Assembly: GCA_965247015.1 (NCBI GenBank)
Contig: CBDFGG010000005.1
Location: 24,660-88,659 of the forward strand
Length of the DNA stretch: 64,000 bases
Source of the DNA: Flavobacteriales bacterium
GTDB taxonomy: Bacteria; Bacteroidota; Bacteroidia; Flavobacteriales_D; Sanyastnellaceae
Reading direction: 5' to 3'
Shown piece after piece: positions 35,581 through 44,454 of the stretch. The position numbers and the translations under genes were made by a program. A model generated the notes under the pieces. That model did no database searches and was not told the origin of the DNA. It saw only the letters and a program-made list of their open reading frames with translations. The first letter of the stretch is position 1. The number at the start of each line of letters is the position of its first letter.

Positions 35581-36678
35581 ATGAGCGTTTCTAAACAAGC
35601 GATACTTGACGCGCTATCCAATGTGATAGAGCCAGATTTGAAGAAGGATATTGTGCAGTTGAACCTAGTGAAAATCGTAAAAGCAGAAGGTCAACATATT
35701 TCCCTTGAAGTAAAAGTGAGCAATCCTGCAATGCACAGCAGAATGCGCATGAAGGAAGCATGTGAATTTGCCATTCATCGTGTACTCGGAAAAGAATTCA
35801 AAGTGGATATTGATGTATTGCCTATCAGTGGCGACGAACGCAGCGGCGAATTACGCAAGGTACTTCCTGGTGTAAAACACATCATTGCTGTTGCTTCTGG
35901 AAAGGGTGGAGTTGGTAAGTCTACCGTTGCTTCCAATCTCGCTGTAGGCCTTGCCCGACGCGGTTTTAAAGTGGGATTGCTCGATGCCGATATCTACGGA
36001 CCTTCCGCTCCAACGATGTTTGATGTGGTACACGAAAAACCACGTGTGGTGGATGTAGATGGCAAGAGCTTGCTCGAACCTGTAGAACAATACGGTGTGA
36101 AAATTCTCTCTATCGGCTTCTTTGCTGATGTCAACCAAGCAATTGTTTGGAGAGGTGCGATGGCTAATAAAGCTTTGAATCAATTGATCAATGACGCCAA
36201 TTGGGGACCATTGGACTACATGGTACTCGACTTGCCTCCCGGAACAGGTGATATTCATTTGAGCATTGTTCAAGCCATGCCGATTTCCGGTGCAGTGATC
36301 GTGAGCACACCACAAGAAGTTGCTCTGGCTGATGCCCGTAAGGGTGTAGGAATGTTTGCCATTTCTGGAATTGACATTCCAATCATTGGAATGGTGGAAA
36401 ATATGGCTTGGTTTACTCCAGCCGAACTCCCAGAAAATAAGTACTATCTCTTCGGCCGCGATGGTGTGAAGCACCTTGCTGAAGAAATGAATGTTCCATA
36501 TTTAGGTCCTTTGCCACTCATTCAAAGTATCCGAGAGGCAGGAGATGCGGGCCGTCCAGCGGTAATGCAAGAAGGAACGCTTGCTGTTCAGCATTTAGAC
36601 GAAATCCTTAATAACTTTGAACGCGAAATGCGAATGTTGCCTTTCCGTAAAAAGGCTCAACCTGAAGCAGCTCAATAG
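35581..36678 (+). CDS. apbC: Mrp/NBP35 family Fe-S cluster carrier ATPase
   Basis: An N-terminal DUF59-like region, then a deviant Walker A (ASGKGGVGKST) and a DLPPGTGD motif. Confidence 0.85.
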   Translation: MSVSKQAILDALSNVIEPDLKKDIVQLNLVKIVKAEGQHISLEVKVSNPAMHSRMRMKEACEFAIHRVLGKEFKVDIDVLPISGDERSGELRKVLPGVKHIIAVASGKGGVGKSTVASNLAVGLARRGFKVGLLDADIYGPSAPTMFDVVHEKPRVVDVDGKSLLEPVEQYGVKILSIGFFADVNQAIVWRGAMANKALNQLINDANWGPLDYMVLDLPPGTGDIHLSIVQAMPISGAVIVSTPQEVALADARKGVGMFAISGIDIPIIGMVENMAWFTPAELPENKYYLFGRDGVKHLAEEMNVPYLGPLPLIQSIREAGDAGRPAVMQEGTLAVQHLDEILNNFEREMRMLPFRKKAQPEAAQ

Positions 36679-36680
36679 CC

Positions 36681-36926
36681 ATGTCAAACAACGAAATTTA
36701 TAAGAAGGTAAACGACTCCCTCAATCTTATTCGCCCCTACTTGGAAGCGGATGGAGGTGGTATAACGTTGGTAGAAGTCACGGAAGATCTTACAGCTCGT
36801 GTGGAATTGCATGGTGCGTGCACTACTTGTAGTATGTCGCACATGACGATGAAGGCTGGAGTGGAAGGCGCAATCAAAGCTGCAGTGCCTGAAATCAAAG
36901 CGGTGGAAGCTGTGAACCCCGCTTAA
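36681..36926 (+). CDS. NifU-like Fe-S cluster assembly protein (NifU C-terminal domain)
   Basis: 81 aa with LEADGGGITLVEV and a CxxC motif (GACTTCSMS). Confidence 0.8.
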   Translation: MSNNEIYKKVNDSLNLIRPYLEADGGGITLVEVTEDLTARVELHGACTTCSMSHMTMKAGVEGAIKAAVPEIKAVEAVNPA

Positions 36927-36997
36927 ATTCGAACATAATTAGCATTTGTTTGTTTATCACGTGACGAAAATCAAATTCTCTATGACTTTGATTCCAT

Positions 36998-37005
36998 TAC
37001 TTTTG
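36998..37005 (+). promoter_or_regulatory. Consensus -7 box (TACTTTTG), 27 nt upstream of the ATG at 37033
   Basis: ccatTACTTTTGcatt. Confidence 0.4.
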
Positions 37006-37032
37006 CATTCAGATTTTTAGAATAAAAATTAT

Positions 37033-38040
37033 ATGATAGAAACGGATATCCTCATCATCGGCGCTGGTCCATGCGGATTGTTTACGGTGTTTGAGGCAGG
37101 GCTCCTAAAACTACGTTGCCACCTCATCGATGCATTGCCACAAGCAGGTGGACAATTGACAGAAATTTATCCAAAGAAACCCATCTACGATATTCCTGGT
37201 TTTCCTGAAGTGCTCGCTGGTGATCTCATCGATCACTTGATGAAACAAGCAGAACCATTCAAGCCAGGTTTTACCCTTGGCGAAAGAGCTGAGGCTTTTG
37301 AAAGAACAGAAGACGGAAAATTCATCGTCACTACTTCAAGAGGAACCAAGCACATTGCTCCTGTAGTTGCGATTGCAGGCGGTCTCGGAAGCTTCGAGCC
37401 ACGCAAACCTCCTATTTCGAATATTACAGATTTTGAAGATAAAGGCATCGAGTACATCGTGCGCGATCCTAATTTTTACAAAGGAAAAAATGTAGTCATC
37501 AGTGGTGGTGGAGACTCTGCCCTCGACTGGTCAGTTTTTCTCGCTTCCGGAGTGGCGGAATCTGTAACATTGATCCACCGCTCTAAGAGCTTTAGAGGTC
37601 ACCCTGATTCAGTACAAAAAGTAATCGATATGTCGAATAGCGGCAGGATTACTCTTCTCACTGACGCTGAAGTGGTAGGTGTAAACGGTACAGATAAATT
37701 GGCTTCTATCACCGTGCAAGCGCAGGATGGAAGTACTTCAGAAATCAATACGGACCATTGGCTTCCTCTTTTTGGATTGTCTCCGAAACTCGGACCGCTT
37801 TCTGAATGGGGCTTGAACATTGACAAAAATTCAATCGAAGTGAATACATTCGACTACAGCACCAATGTAGACGGTATTTACGCTATTGGTGACATTAATA
37901 CCTATCCAGGAAAATTGAAGTTGATTCTTTGTGGTTTCCACGAAGCTACACTGATGGTGCAAAGTGCATTTAAGCGCATTTACCCTGATAAAAATTATGT
38001 CTTGAAATACACCACCGTAAATGGTGTAACAGGATTCTAA
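37033..38040 (+). CDS. Thioredoxin-reductase-type ferredoxin-NADP+ reductase
   Basis: The FAD motif is ILIIGAGPCGL, and GGGDSALDW is present. There is no CxxC redox pair. The C-terminus (KYTTVNGV) is typical of YumC-type FNRs. Confidence 0.8.
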   Translation: MIETDILIIGAGPCGLFTVFEAGLLKLRCHLIDALPQAGGQLTEIYPKKPIYDIPGFPEVLAGDLIDHLMKQAEPFKPGFTLGERAEAFERTEDGKFIVTTSRGTKHIAPVVAIAGGLGSFEPRKPPISNITDFEDKGIEYIVRDPNFYKGKNVVISGGGDSALDWSVFLASGVAESVTLIHRSKSFRGHPDSVQKVIDMSNSGRITLLTDAEVVGVNGTDKLASITVQAQDGSTSEINTDHWLPLFGLSPKLGPLSEWGLNIDKNSIEVNTFDYSTNVDGIYAIGDINTYPGKLKLILCGFHEATLMVQSAFKRIYPDKNYVLKYTTVNGVTGF

Positions 38041-38052
38041 TTCATCACACGA

Positions 38053-38373
38053 ATGGACAATATTGTAAATATTACAGTGGTTGACAGAGAAGGTGTGGAG
38101 CATCAACTAGAAGCACCCACCGATATGAACATGAACATGATGGAGCTTTGTAAAAGCTACGAACTCCCTGTGGAAGGCACGTGTGGCGGAATGGCCATGT
38201 GCGCTACTTGTCACATGTACATTCTTTCTGACCATGATATTCTTGAAAGAAATGACGATGAAGAATCAATGCTTGACCAAGCATTCTTCGTTAAATCAAA
38301 TTCTAGATTGGGTTGCCAAATTCACATCGCTCCTGAATTGGAAGGTCTGAAAGTGCAACTCGCTCAAGTCTAA
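38053..38373 (+). CDS. 2Fe-2S ferredoxin (adrenodoxin/putidaredoxin type)
   Basis: Cys pattern CGGMAMCATCH...C in 106 aa. Confidence 0.85.
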   Translation: MDNIVNITVVDREGVEHQLEAPTDMNMNMMELCKSYELPVEGTCGGMAMCATCHMYILSDHDILERNDDEESMLDQAFFVKSNSRLGCQIHIAPELEGLKVQLAQV

Positions 38374-38397
38374 GACTTTTTGTAAAAAATACAATAT

Positions 38398-38442
38398 CCC
38401 TTCTATCTAGGTATTTCGCTTGATAGAAGGGATTTTTGTTTT
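38398..38442 (+). terminator. Rho-independent terminator
   Basis: A 10-bp stem (cccttctatc / gatagaaggg) with a 14-nt loop, followed by atttttgtttt. Confidence 0.7.
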
Positions 38443-38492
38443 AGGGAAATGCTAATAAATAGTAATTGTCCCAACACCTTTGCGCATTGATT

Positions 38493-38500
38493 TATATTTG
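38493..38500 (+). promoter_or_regulatory. Consensus -7 box (TATATTTG), 22 nt upstream of the ATG at 38523
   Basis: gattTATATTTGttga. Confidence 0.4.
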
Positions 38501-38522
38501 TTGAAATACTACTTTAACCGTT

Positions 38523-40997
38523 ATGATGAGAAAGAACTTTGCGTTATTCCTCGTTCTCCTGTTTACTAGCCCTCTCTTCGCACAGAACTCCGCTGAGATT
38601 CTTTTGAATCTTAAAAAACTTCAGACCACTGGATCGGTCTTATATATTGCAGCACACCCCGATGATGAGAACACGCGATTGCTTGCGTACCTTGCCAATG
38701 AGCGTAAACTTCGCACCGGATATCTCAGTTTGACGCGAGGTGATGGAGGCCAAAATTTGATCGGCACTGAACAAGGTGAGCCTCTTGGATTGATTCGAAC
38801 CAATGAGTTGATGGCCGCACGCGGAATCGACAAAGCAGAACAATTTTTCTCACGCGCATACGACTTCGGGTATTCAAAAAATCCAGAAGAAACATTTCAG
38901 TTTTGGAATCGTGATAGCATTCTAGCAGATATGGTGTGGGTCATTCGCACCTTCAAACCTGATGTCATTATTTGTCGCTTTCCTACCACGGGTGAGGGAG
39001 GACACGGGCATCACACGGCTTCTGCAATATTGGCGGAGGATGCTTTTGAAGCAGCGGCAGATCCCAAGCGATTCCCACATCAGTTGCAGTATACGCAAGT
39101 GTGGCAAGCGAAACGTTTGCTTTGGAATACGTTTAATTTCGGAGGAAACAACACTACATCTGAAGATCAATTGAAGGTAGATGTTGGAAATTATAATGTG
39201 TTGATGGGACGGAGCTATGGCGAAATTGCATCGGAAAGTAGATCGATGCACAAGAGCCAAGGCTTTGGAAGCGCCCGCCAGCGAGGCTTCAACCTCGAGT
39301 ACTTCAAACACATGAAGGGCGATGTCGCTACTTCCGATATCATGGATGGTGTGGATGTCAACTGGACGCGCATAGCAATGTCGCAGGGTATTCAAGCGGA
39401 ACTGAATGAGTGTGTGTTCAATTACAGAGCCGACGCTCCGGAGAAAACAGTAACGACGCTCGTTTCTATTTACAAGAAAATCCAAGCATTGAAAGATGAT
39501 AATGCGTCGATTTCTTATTGGAAAAAAATCAAACTCGAAGAGACAAAACAGGTGATATTGGCCTGCTCTGGCTTTTATGGTGAAGCCGTCTCGAACGATC
39601 ATTCGGTCGTTCCAGGCGAACAGTTTCAGATTACAACAAATTATATTTTTAGAAATAATGTCAATGCTTCTTTGAAGTCCATTGCTTACGAAAATGGTGA
39701 TTCTACATTGAATGCGAAAGTGGAAGTGAATAAACTTTATTCTCCAAAGCATTTGTTTAAACTCAACACCAACGCTGCTTTTTCGAATCCATATTGGTTG
39801 AATGAAAAACATAGTTTGGGAGAGTTTGAAATTTCTCCATGGACGACCATCGGGAAACCATTGAACGACGCTGCTTGCAGCGTAATGCTAAAAACTGAAA
39901 TAGAGGGCTTGCCATTAGAAATTAAGCTACCTATTCAATACAAATTCACCGATCCTGTGAAGGGAGAAATATTCCGTCCTTTGGAAGTATTGCCTCCCGT
40001 TACTTTCACACAAAAGCAAAAGGCGCTTGTTTTCAATGAAAGAACAGAGAGAATAGTAGAGGTAATTGTCCATTCAAATCAGGCCAATGCTAAAGGAGAG
40101 ATTGTAGTCAACGCGGGTTCAGATTGGAAAGTAGAATGCGATAATTGCGCCTTTGATTTGTCAGCAAAGAATATAGAGCAAGTGATTCGCATACGTGTAA
40201 CGCCTAGTGCTAAAGCGTCTTCTGGAGAATTATCTATTGCTGCAAAGATGAATGGTAAGGAATACAATCAATCGTTGCAACGCATCGACTATGACCATAT
40301 CCCGAATCAGTTTATTCTATCACCAACGAAATTTCAATTAGTGTTTTCTGACATCCAAATGAGCAGAAAAAACATTGGATACATCGATGGTGCGGGTGAT
40401 GGAGTGGCCGCTGCGTTGGAGCAAATTGGTTGCAACGTGACAATGCTATCGGATGAAGAAATACTCACGGGCGATCTTTCCAAGTATGAAGCAATCATTA
40501 CAGGTGTGCGAGCTTACAATACGAATGATCGCATGATTGTATATTATGATCGTTTGATGGAGTATGTGAAAAATGGAGGTAATCTATTGGTGCAGTATAA
40601 CACTAACAACCGCATTGGTCCATTGAAATCGAAGATCGGTCCTTTTGAATTTACCATCTCTCGCGACCGTGTCACAGATGAAAAAGCAAAGGTCAATTTC
40701 CTATTGCCAGAGCATCCCGCTTTGAATCAGCCTAACAAGATAACTGAAGCTGATTTCGCCAACTGGATACAAGAGCGAGGCATCTACTTCACACAATCGC
40801 CCGACGAACGTTATCAAAAATTATTCTCGATGGCCGACCCGAATGAAGGAGCTTTCGATACAAGTACGATTGTAGCGGCATACGGAAAAGGCAATTTTGT
40901 GTACACAGGACTAGCGTTCTTCAGACAACTTCCAGCGGGAGTTCCGGGAGCGTATCGCTTGTTTGCAAACCTCATCTCACTTCCATCACATCCTTAA
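38523..40997 (+). CDS. Secreted PIG-L/LmbE family deacetylase with a large C-terminal extension
   Basis: Signal peptide; AAHPDDEN and LSLTRGDGGQN motifs; 824 aa. Confidence 0.8.
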   Translation: MMRKNFALFLVLLFTSPLFAQNSAEILLNLKKLQTTGSVLYIAAHPDDENTRLLAYLANERKLRTGYLSLTRGDGGQNLIGTEQGEPLGLIRTNELMAARGIDKAEQFFSRAYDFGYSKNPEETFQFWNRDSILADMVWVIRTFKPDVIICRFPTTGEGGHGHHTASAILAEDAFEAAADPKRFPHQLQYTQVWQAKRLLWNTFNFGGNNTTSEDQLKVDVGNYNVLMGRSYGEIASESRSMHKSQGFGSARQRGFNLEYFKHMKGDVATSDIMDGVDVNWTRIAMSQGIQAELNECVFNYRADAPEKTVTTLVSIYKKIQALKDDNASISYWKKIKLEETKQVILACSGFYGEAVSNDHSVVPGEQFQITTNYIFRNNVNASLKSIAYENGDSTLNAKVEVNKLYSPKHLFKLNTNAAFSNPYWLNEKHSLGEFEISPWTTIGKPLNDAACSVMLKTEIEGLPLEIKLPIQYKFTDPVKGEIFRPLEVLPPVTFTQKQKALVFNERTERIVEVIVHSNQANAKGEIVVNAGSDWKVECDNCAFDLSAKNIEQVIRIRVTPSAKASSGELSIAAKMNGKEYNQSLQRIDYDHIPNQFILSPTKFQLVFSDIQMSRKNIGYIDGAGDGVAAALEQIGCNVTMLSDEEILTGDLSKYEAIITGVRAYNTNDRMIVYYDRLMEYVKNGGNLLVQYNTNNRIGPLKSKIGPFEFTISRDRVTDEKAKVNFLLPEHPALNQPNKITEADFANWIQERGIYFTQSPDERYQKLFSMADPNEGAFDTSTIVAAYGKGNFVYTGLAFFRQLPAGVPGAYRLFANLISLPSHP

Positions 40998-41000
40998 TTG

Positions 41001-41102
41001 ATGAAGCAAAAATACGTTTGGCCCGCATGGTACATCTCCGTCATCACAGTGTTGGTGCTGATTATCATCGGTCTTTTTGTATTCACTAAATACTTCGAAT
41101 GA
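41001..41102 (+). CDS. Small (33 aa) single-TM protein translationally coupled to the symporter; not in the ORF track
   Basis: Translates as MKQKYVWPAWYISVITVLVLIIIGLFVFTKYFE. It starts 3 nt after the PIG-L stop, and its TGA overlaps the symporter ATG (ATGA). Confidence 0.5.
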   Translation: MKQKYVWPAWYISVITVLVLIIIGLFVFTKYFE

Positions 41103-42802
41103 GCGCGATAGATTGGATCATATTAGCGGGAACACTCGCCTTCATCGTGCTTTATGGCCTCTGGAAAAGCAGAGGTACACAGACGATGAAAAGCTATCTG
41201 CTCGCGGATCAGCAATTGCCTTGGTATCATGTGGGACTTTCGGTGATGGCCACACAAGCAAGTGCCATCACATTCCTTTCAGCGCCAGGTCAAGCATACA
41301 GCGATGGCATGCGTTTCATTCAGTTTTACTTTGGACTCCCGCTCGCCATGGTGGTGCTGTGCATCACCTTCGTGCCCGCATTCAAACGATTGAATGTATA
41401 TACGGCTTATGAATTTCTTGAACAACGCTTCGACAATAAAACTCGAACGCTGACGGCTTTTTTGTTTTTACTACAAAGAGGTTTGTCTACGGGAATCACC
41501 ATTTATGCCCCTGCAATTATTCTTTCCACCATTCTTCATGTTGATCTGATTTACACCATTGTTTTCAATGGTTTGATCGTTATAGTTTATACCGTAGATG
41601 GCGGTACAAAGGCCGTGAGCTATACGCAGCTCTTTCAAATGCTCATCATATTCGCAGGACTTTTTCTTGCTGCGTACATGGTAGTGCATCTTCTTCCTGA
41701 AAATGTCGGCTTCATGGATGCGCTGCACATTGCAGGAAAAATGGACAAGCTCAATGCAATCGATACCAGTTTTGATTGGAACAACAAATACAATCTTTGG
41801 TCTGGCTTGATCGGTGGTTTCTTTTTGCAATTGAGTTACTTCGGCACCGATCAATCTCAAGTAGGGCGCTATCTAACTGGCAACTCGATCAAAGAGAGCA
41901 GATGGGGTTTGCTTATGAATGGCTTGGTAAAAATCCCCATGCAATTCATCATATTGCTTATTGGAACATTGGTTTTTAGCTATTACCAATTCCACACGCC
42001 GCCCGTATTTTTTAATCCAACAGAGGTAGAGAAAGTGCGACAGTCATCGTATGCAGATGCGTTTAATAATGCGGAAAAGGAGTTTAACTATCTGCACGAG
42101 CAGAAGAAACTAGAGGTAGAGAAATTGGTATTAGCAGTGCAATCAGAAGATGAGGCCGCTATCGATCTTGCAAAACAGAACGTTCATTCGGTAGATGAAA
42201 AGGCGAGTCTAGCTCGTGGAAAGGCCGTGGATCTTATCGTTAAAAACAATGATCGTGCAGACAAGAATGACTCGAATTATGTATTCCTCACCTTTGTCAC
42301 CAACCAACTACCCGTAGGGATCATTGGATTATTGATTGCCATCATCTTCTTGGCCTCAATGGGAAGTGCGGCTAGTGGATTGAATTCACTCGCGTCAACT
42401 ACAGTGGTCGATTTTTACAAAAGACTGTATCATTCGGATAAAGAGTCGAGCAGTGATGTAGCGGTATCGAGATGGAGCACTGTCGCTTGGGGATTGTTTT
42501 GTATTGCCGTGGCCATATTTGCAAGCAAACTAGGCAACTTGATAGAGGCGGTAAATATTCTAGGCTCCCTCTTTTATGGAACTATCCTCGGGGTTTTCTT
42601 GGTCGCATTCTATGTGAAACGCGTCAATGGAAATCAAGTATTCTTGGCAGCGGTCATCACTGAATTATTGGTCATTGCGCTATGGAAGTATGATGTGATG
42701 GCTTTCTTGTGGTTAAATGTTTGGGGATGTTTTTCTGTTGTCGCACTTGGGCTGCTGTTCAACTTGTTCCAAAAGAAAAATCCTGAATCGATTAACGAGT
42801 AA
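41099..42802 (+). CDS. Sodium:solute symporter family (SSF) transporter
   Basis: 567 aa with about 13 TM segments. The SSF-like blocks GLSVMATQASAITFLSAPG and YFGTDQSQVGRYL are present. Confidence 0.85.
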   Translation: MSAIDWIILAGTLAFIVLYGLWKSRGTQTMKSYLLADQQLPWYHVGLSVMATQASAITFLSAPGQAYSDGMRFIQFYFGLPLAMVVLCITFVPAFKRLNVYTAYEFLEQRFDNKTRTLTAFLFLLQRGLSTGITIYAPAIILSTILHVDLIYTIVFNGLIVIVYTVDGGTKAVSYTQLFQMLIIFAGLFLAAYMVVHLLPENVGFMDALHIAGKMDKLNAIDTSFDWNNKYNLWSGLIGGFFLQLSYFGTDQSQVGRYLTGNSIKESRWGLLMNGLVKIPMQFIILLIGTLVFSYYQFHTPPVFFNPTEVEKVRQSSYADAFNNAEKEFNYLHEQKKLEVEKLVLAVQSEDEAAIDLAKQNVHSVDEKASLARGKAVDLIVKNNDRADKNDSNYVFLTFVTNQLPVGIIGLLIAIIFLASMGSAASGLNSLASTTVVDFYKRLYHSDKESSSDVAVSRWSTVAWGLFCIAVAIFASKLGNLIEAVNILGSLFYGTILGVFLVAFYVKRVNGNQVFLAAVITELLVIALWKYDVMAFLWLNVWGCFSVVALGLLFNLFQKKNPESINE

Positions 42803-42838
42803 TCAATTCAGGATTCTATTAACTGTAAAAAAAGTGCC

Positions 42839-43687
42839 TTATTTAATCTCAGCGATGAGCTTCTCAGCCATACGAACGTATGCATCATCACCATCAGCTT
42901 TCGCTAACTCAACAACTTTCAACGCTGTTTCCTTCGCGCCTTTGGTATCCTTTGCTTTGAATTGGATTTTAGCTTTCAACATATGAACCCAGTAAGCGTT
43001 TGGATTATTAGCAACAGCTTTGTTGATCCACTCTAATGCAAGATTCAAATCTTTGTTGTTCTCATAATAATAGCTAGCCGCTTGATAGTATGGCTTATTA
43101 TCCTTGATCACCGCAGATTCGATATTCTTCATAATCTTAGAATCGATATCAGCTTCTACACGGAAAGAAACACGTGTCTTTTCCCATGACATTTCAATAT
43201 TCGCTGTGTTAGAAGATTGATCAGCTACATTGATTGTGAATGTCTCTACGCTCTCAGCTAGAGGACGAGCCTTCACTGCGAAACGAGCTACTTCTTTCTC
43301 TTTGTTATACTCACCTACATTACCACCTAATTCTAGGTCGCTGTAAAGCATAATATCCCATGACTCTTTGTTTGGAATAGAGTAAATAGCATAAGTACCT
43401 GCTTTGATAGCTTTACCTTCCACAGTTACATCTTCACCAAAAGTGATAGTTGTAGCACCGTTTGCACCTGTTCTCCAGATTTGGCCATATTGAACCACGT
43501 CACCGAAAACGACGCGACCTTTAGCGCTTGGTCTGCAATAAGTGATGCTAATTTCTGACAAAGCAAATGCTTGCTTGATCGTTTGTTGTGGGCTTGGTGC
43601 TGGAACCTTCAAGGCCTGACCAAAGCTCACCATGCTGAATAATGCGAGCATCAATACGAGCGTCGCTTTCAAAGAATGTAATTTCAT
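42839..43687 (-). CDS. DUF2911 domain protein with C-terminal TPR-like repeats
   Basis: Signal peptide; ITYCRPSAKGRVVFG...YGQIWRTGANGATTITF. Confidence 0.7.
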   Translation of the reverse strand: MKLHSLKATLVLMLALFSMVSFGQALKVPAPSPQQTIKQAFALSEISITYCRPSAKGRVVFGDVVQYGQIWRTGANGATTITFGEDVTVEGKAIKAGTYAIYSIPNKESWDIMLYSDLELGGNVGEYNKEKEVARFAVKARPLAESVETFTINVADQSSNTANIEMSWEKTRVSFRVEADIDSKIMKNIESAVIKDNKPYYQAASYYYENNKDLNLALEWINKAVANNPNAYWVHMLKAKIQFKAKDTKGAKETALKVVELAKADGDDAYVRMAEKLIAEIK

Positions 43688-43765
43688 ATTTATAAGGTTT
43701 GTTTCGGCGCAAGATTACATCATTCAGTCGACAACAGGTGCAAACAAACTATAAAACTTCTCTAC

Positions 43766-44344
43766 TCAATATCGGCATAGGCCCCAATCATCTTCTGTAG
43801 GCCAAGTATAGCTGGCTTTTAGGCCTTCTACCCATGTTCGGAATTCTTGCTGAACCTCTTCATATGATTCTTCAAGTATGGTGACGTGTCGTCCATCTAC
43901 GAAAGGTGTGTATTTTAAAAATTGAATGGGCCTTTTATATCGTGCTAATGAAACACGAAGCTGCAACAGATCTTCTACAAAATCAGATCCGACGAGTTCG
44001 ATATGTTCAAACCGCAAGAGGTTTTCTACATCCACTATGAGCTCCGCCAAATTTGCAGGAGAAGTGAATGAAGGGCTAACAAACACGTCGATTGTTTCGG
44101 TGATCAATGAATAAATATCTTTCATTTCTACCAAAGCTCGAAAGAAGGGGTGTGCTTCAATCGCAACATCGCGTGCCTGTCGATCTGCAATTTGCTCGTC
44201 GGATAGATGAGCCATAGGACTATTTAATTTCGAGAAATCTTGTCCGTCGTCGTCGTCATCTTCATCGTCATCATGTTCGAAGAAGAAAAATGGTGGTACT
44301 TGGTTCATGAGATTTGAATTTTTCACAAATGAATTAGCCCACAT
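43766..44344 (-). CDS. Hypothetical protein with an N-terminal poly-acidic tract
   Basis: The ORF contains EHDDDEDDDDDGQD. An alternative start lies at 44308 (MNQVPPFFFF). No family is recognised. Confidence 0.5.
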   Translation of the reverse strand: MWANSFVKNSNLMNQVPPFFFFEHDDDEDDDDDGQDFSKLNSPMAHLSDEQIADRQARDVAIEAHPFFRALVEMKDIYSLITETIDVFVSPSFTSPANLAELIVDVENLLRFEHIELVGSDFVEDLLQLRVSLARYKRPIQFLKYTPFVDGRHVTILEESYEEVQQEFRTWVEGLKASYTWPTEDDWGLCRY

Positions 44345-44454
44345 TCAAATATCCCATTCTTGTTTAACACGTAGAATATTCTCGAATATTTGCGGGTATA
44401 AACAACTTTAACTGTCTTAATTTGGTCTACTTAAAAAAGTATTCCTTTAGTATC

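Noticed and set aside
41077-41412. 111-aa plus-strand ORF overlapping the start of the symporter gene.
   Set aside because: It is an alternative frame of the clearly conserved SSF transporter, and its composition is Arg/His-rich and non-protein-like.
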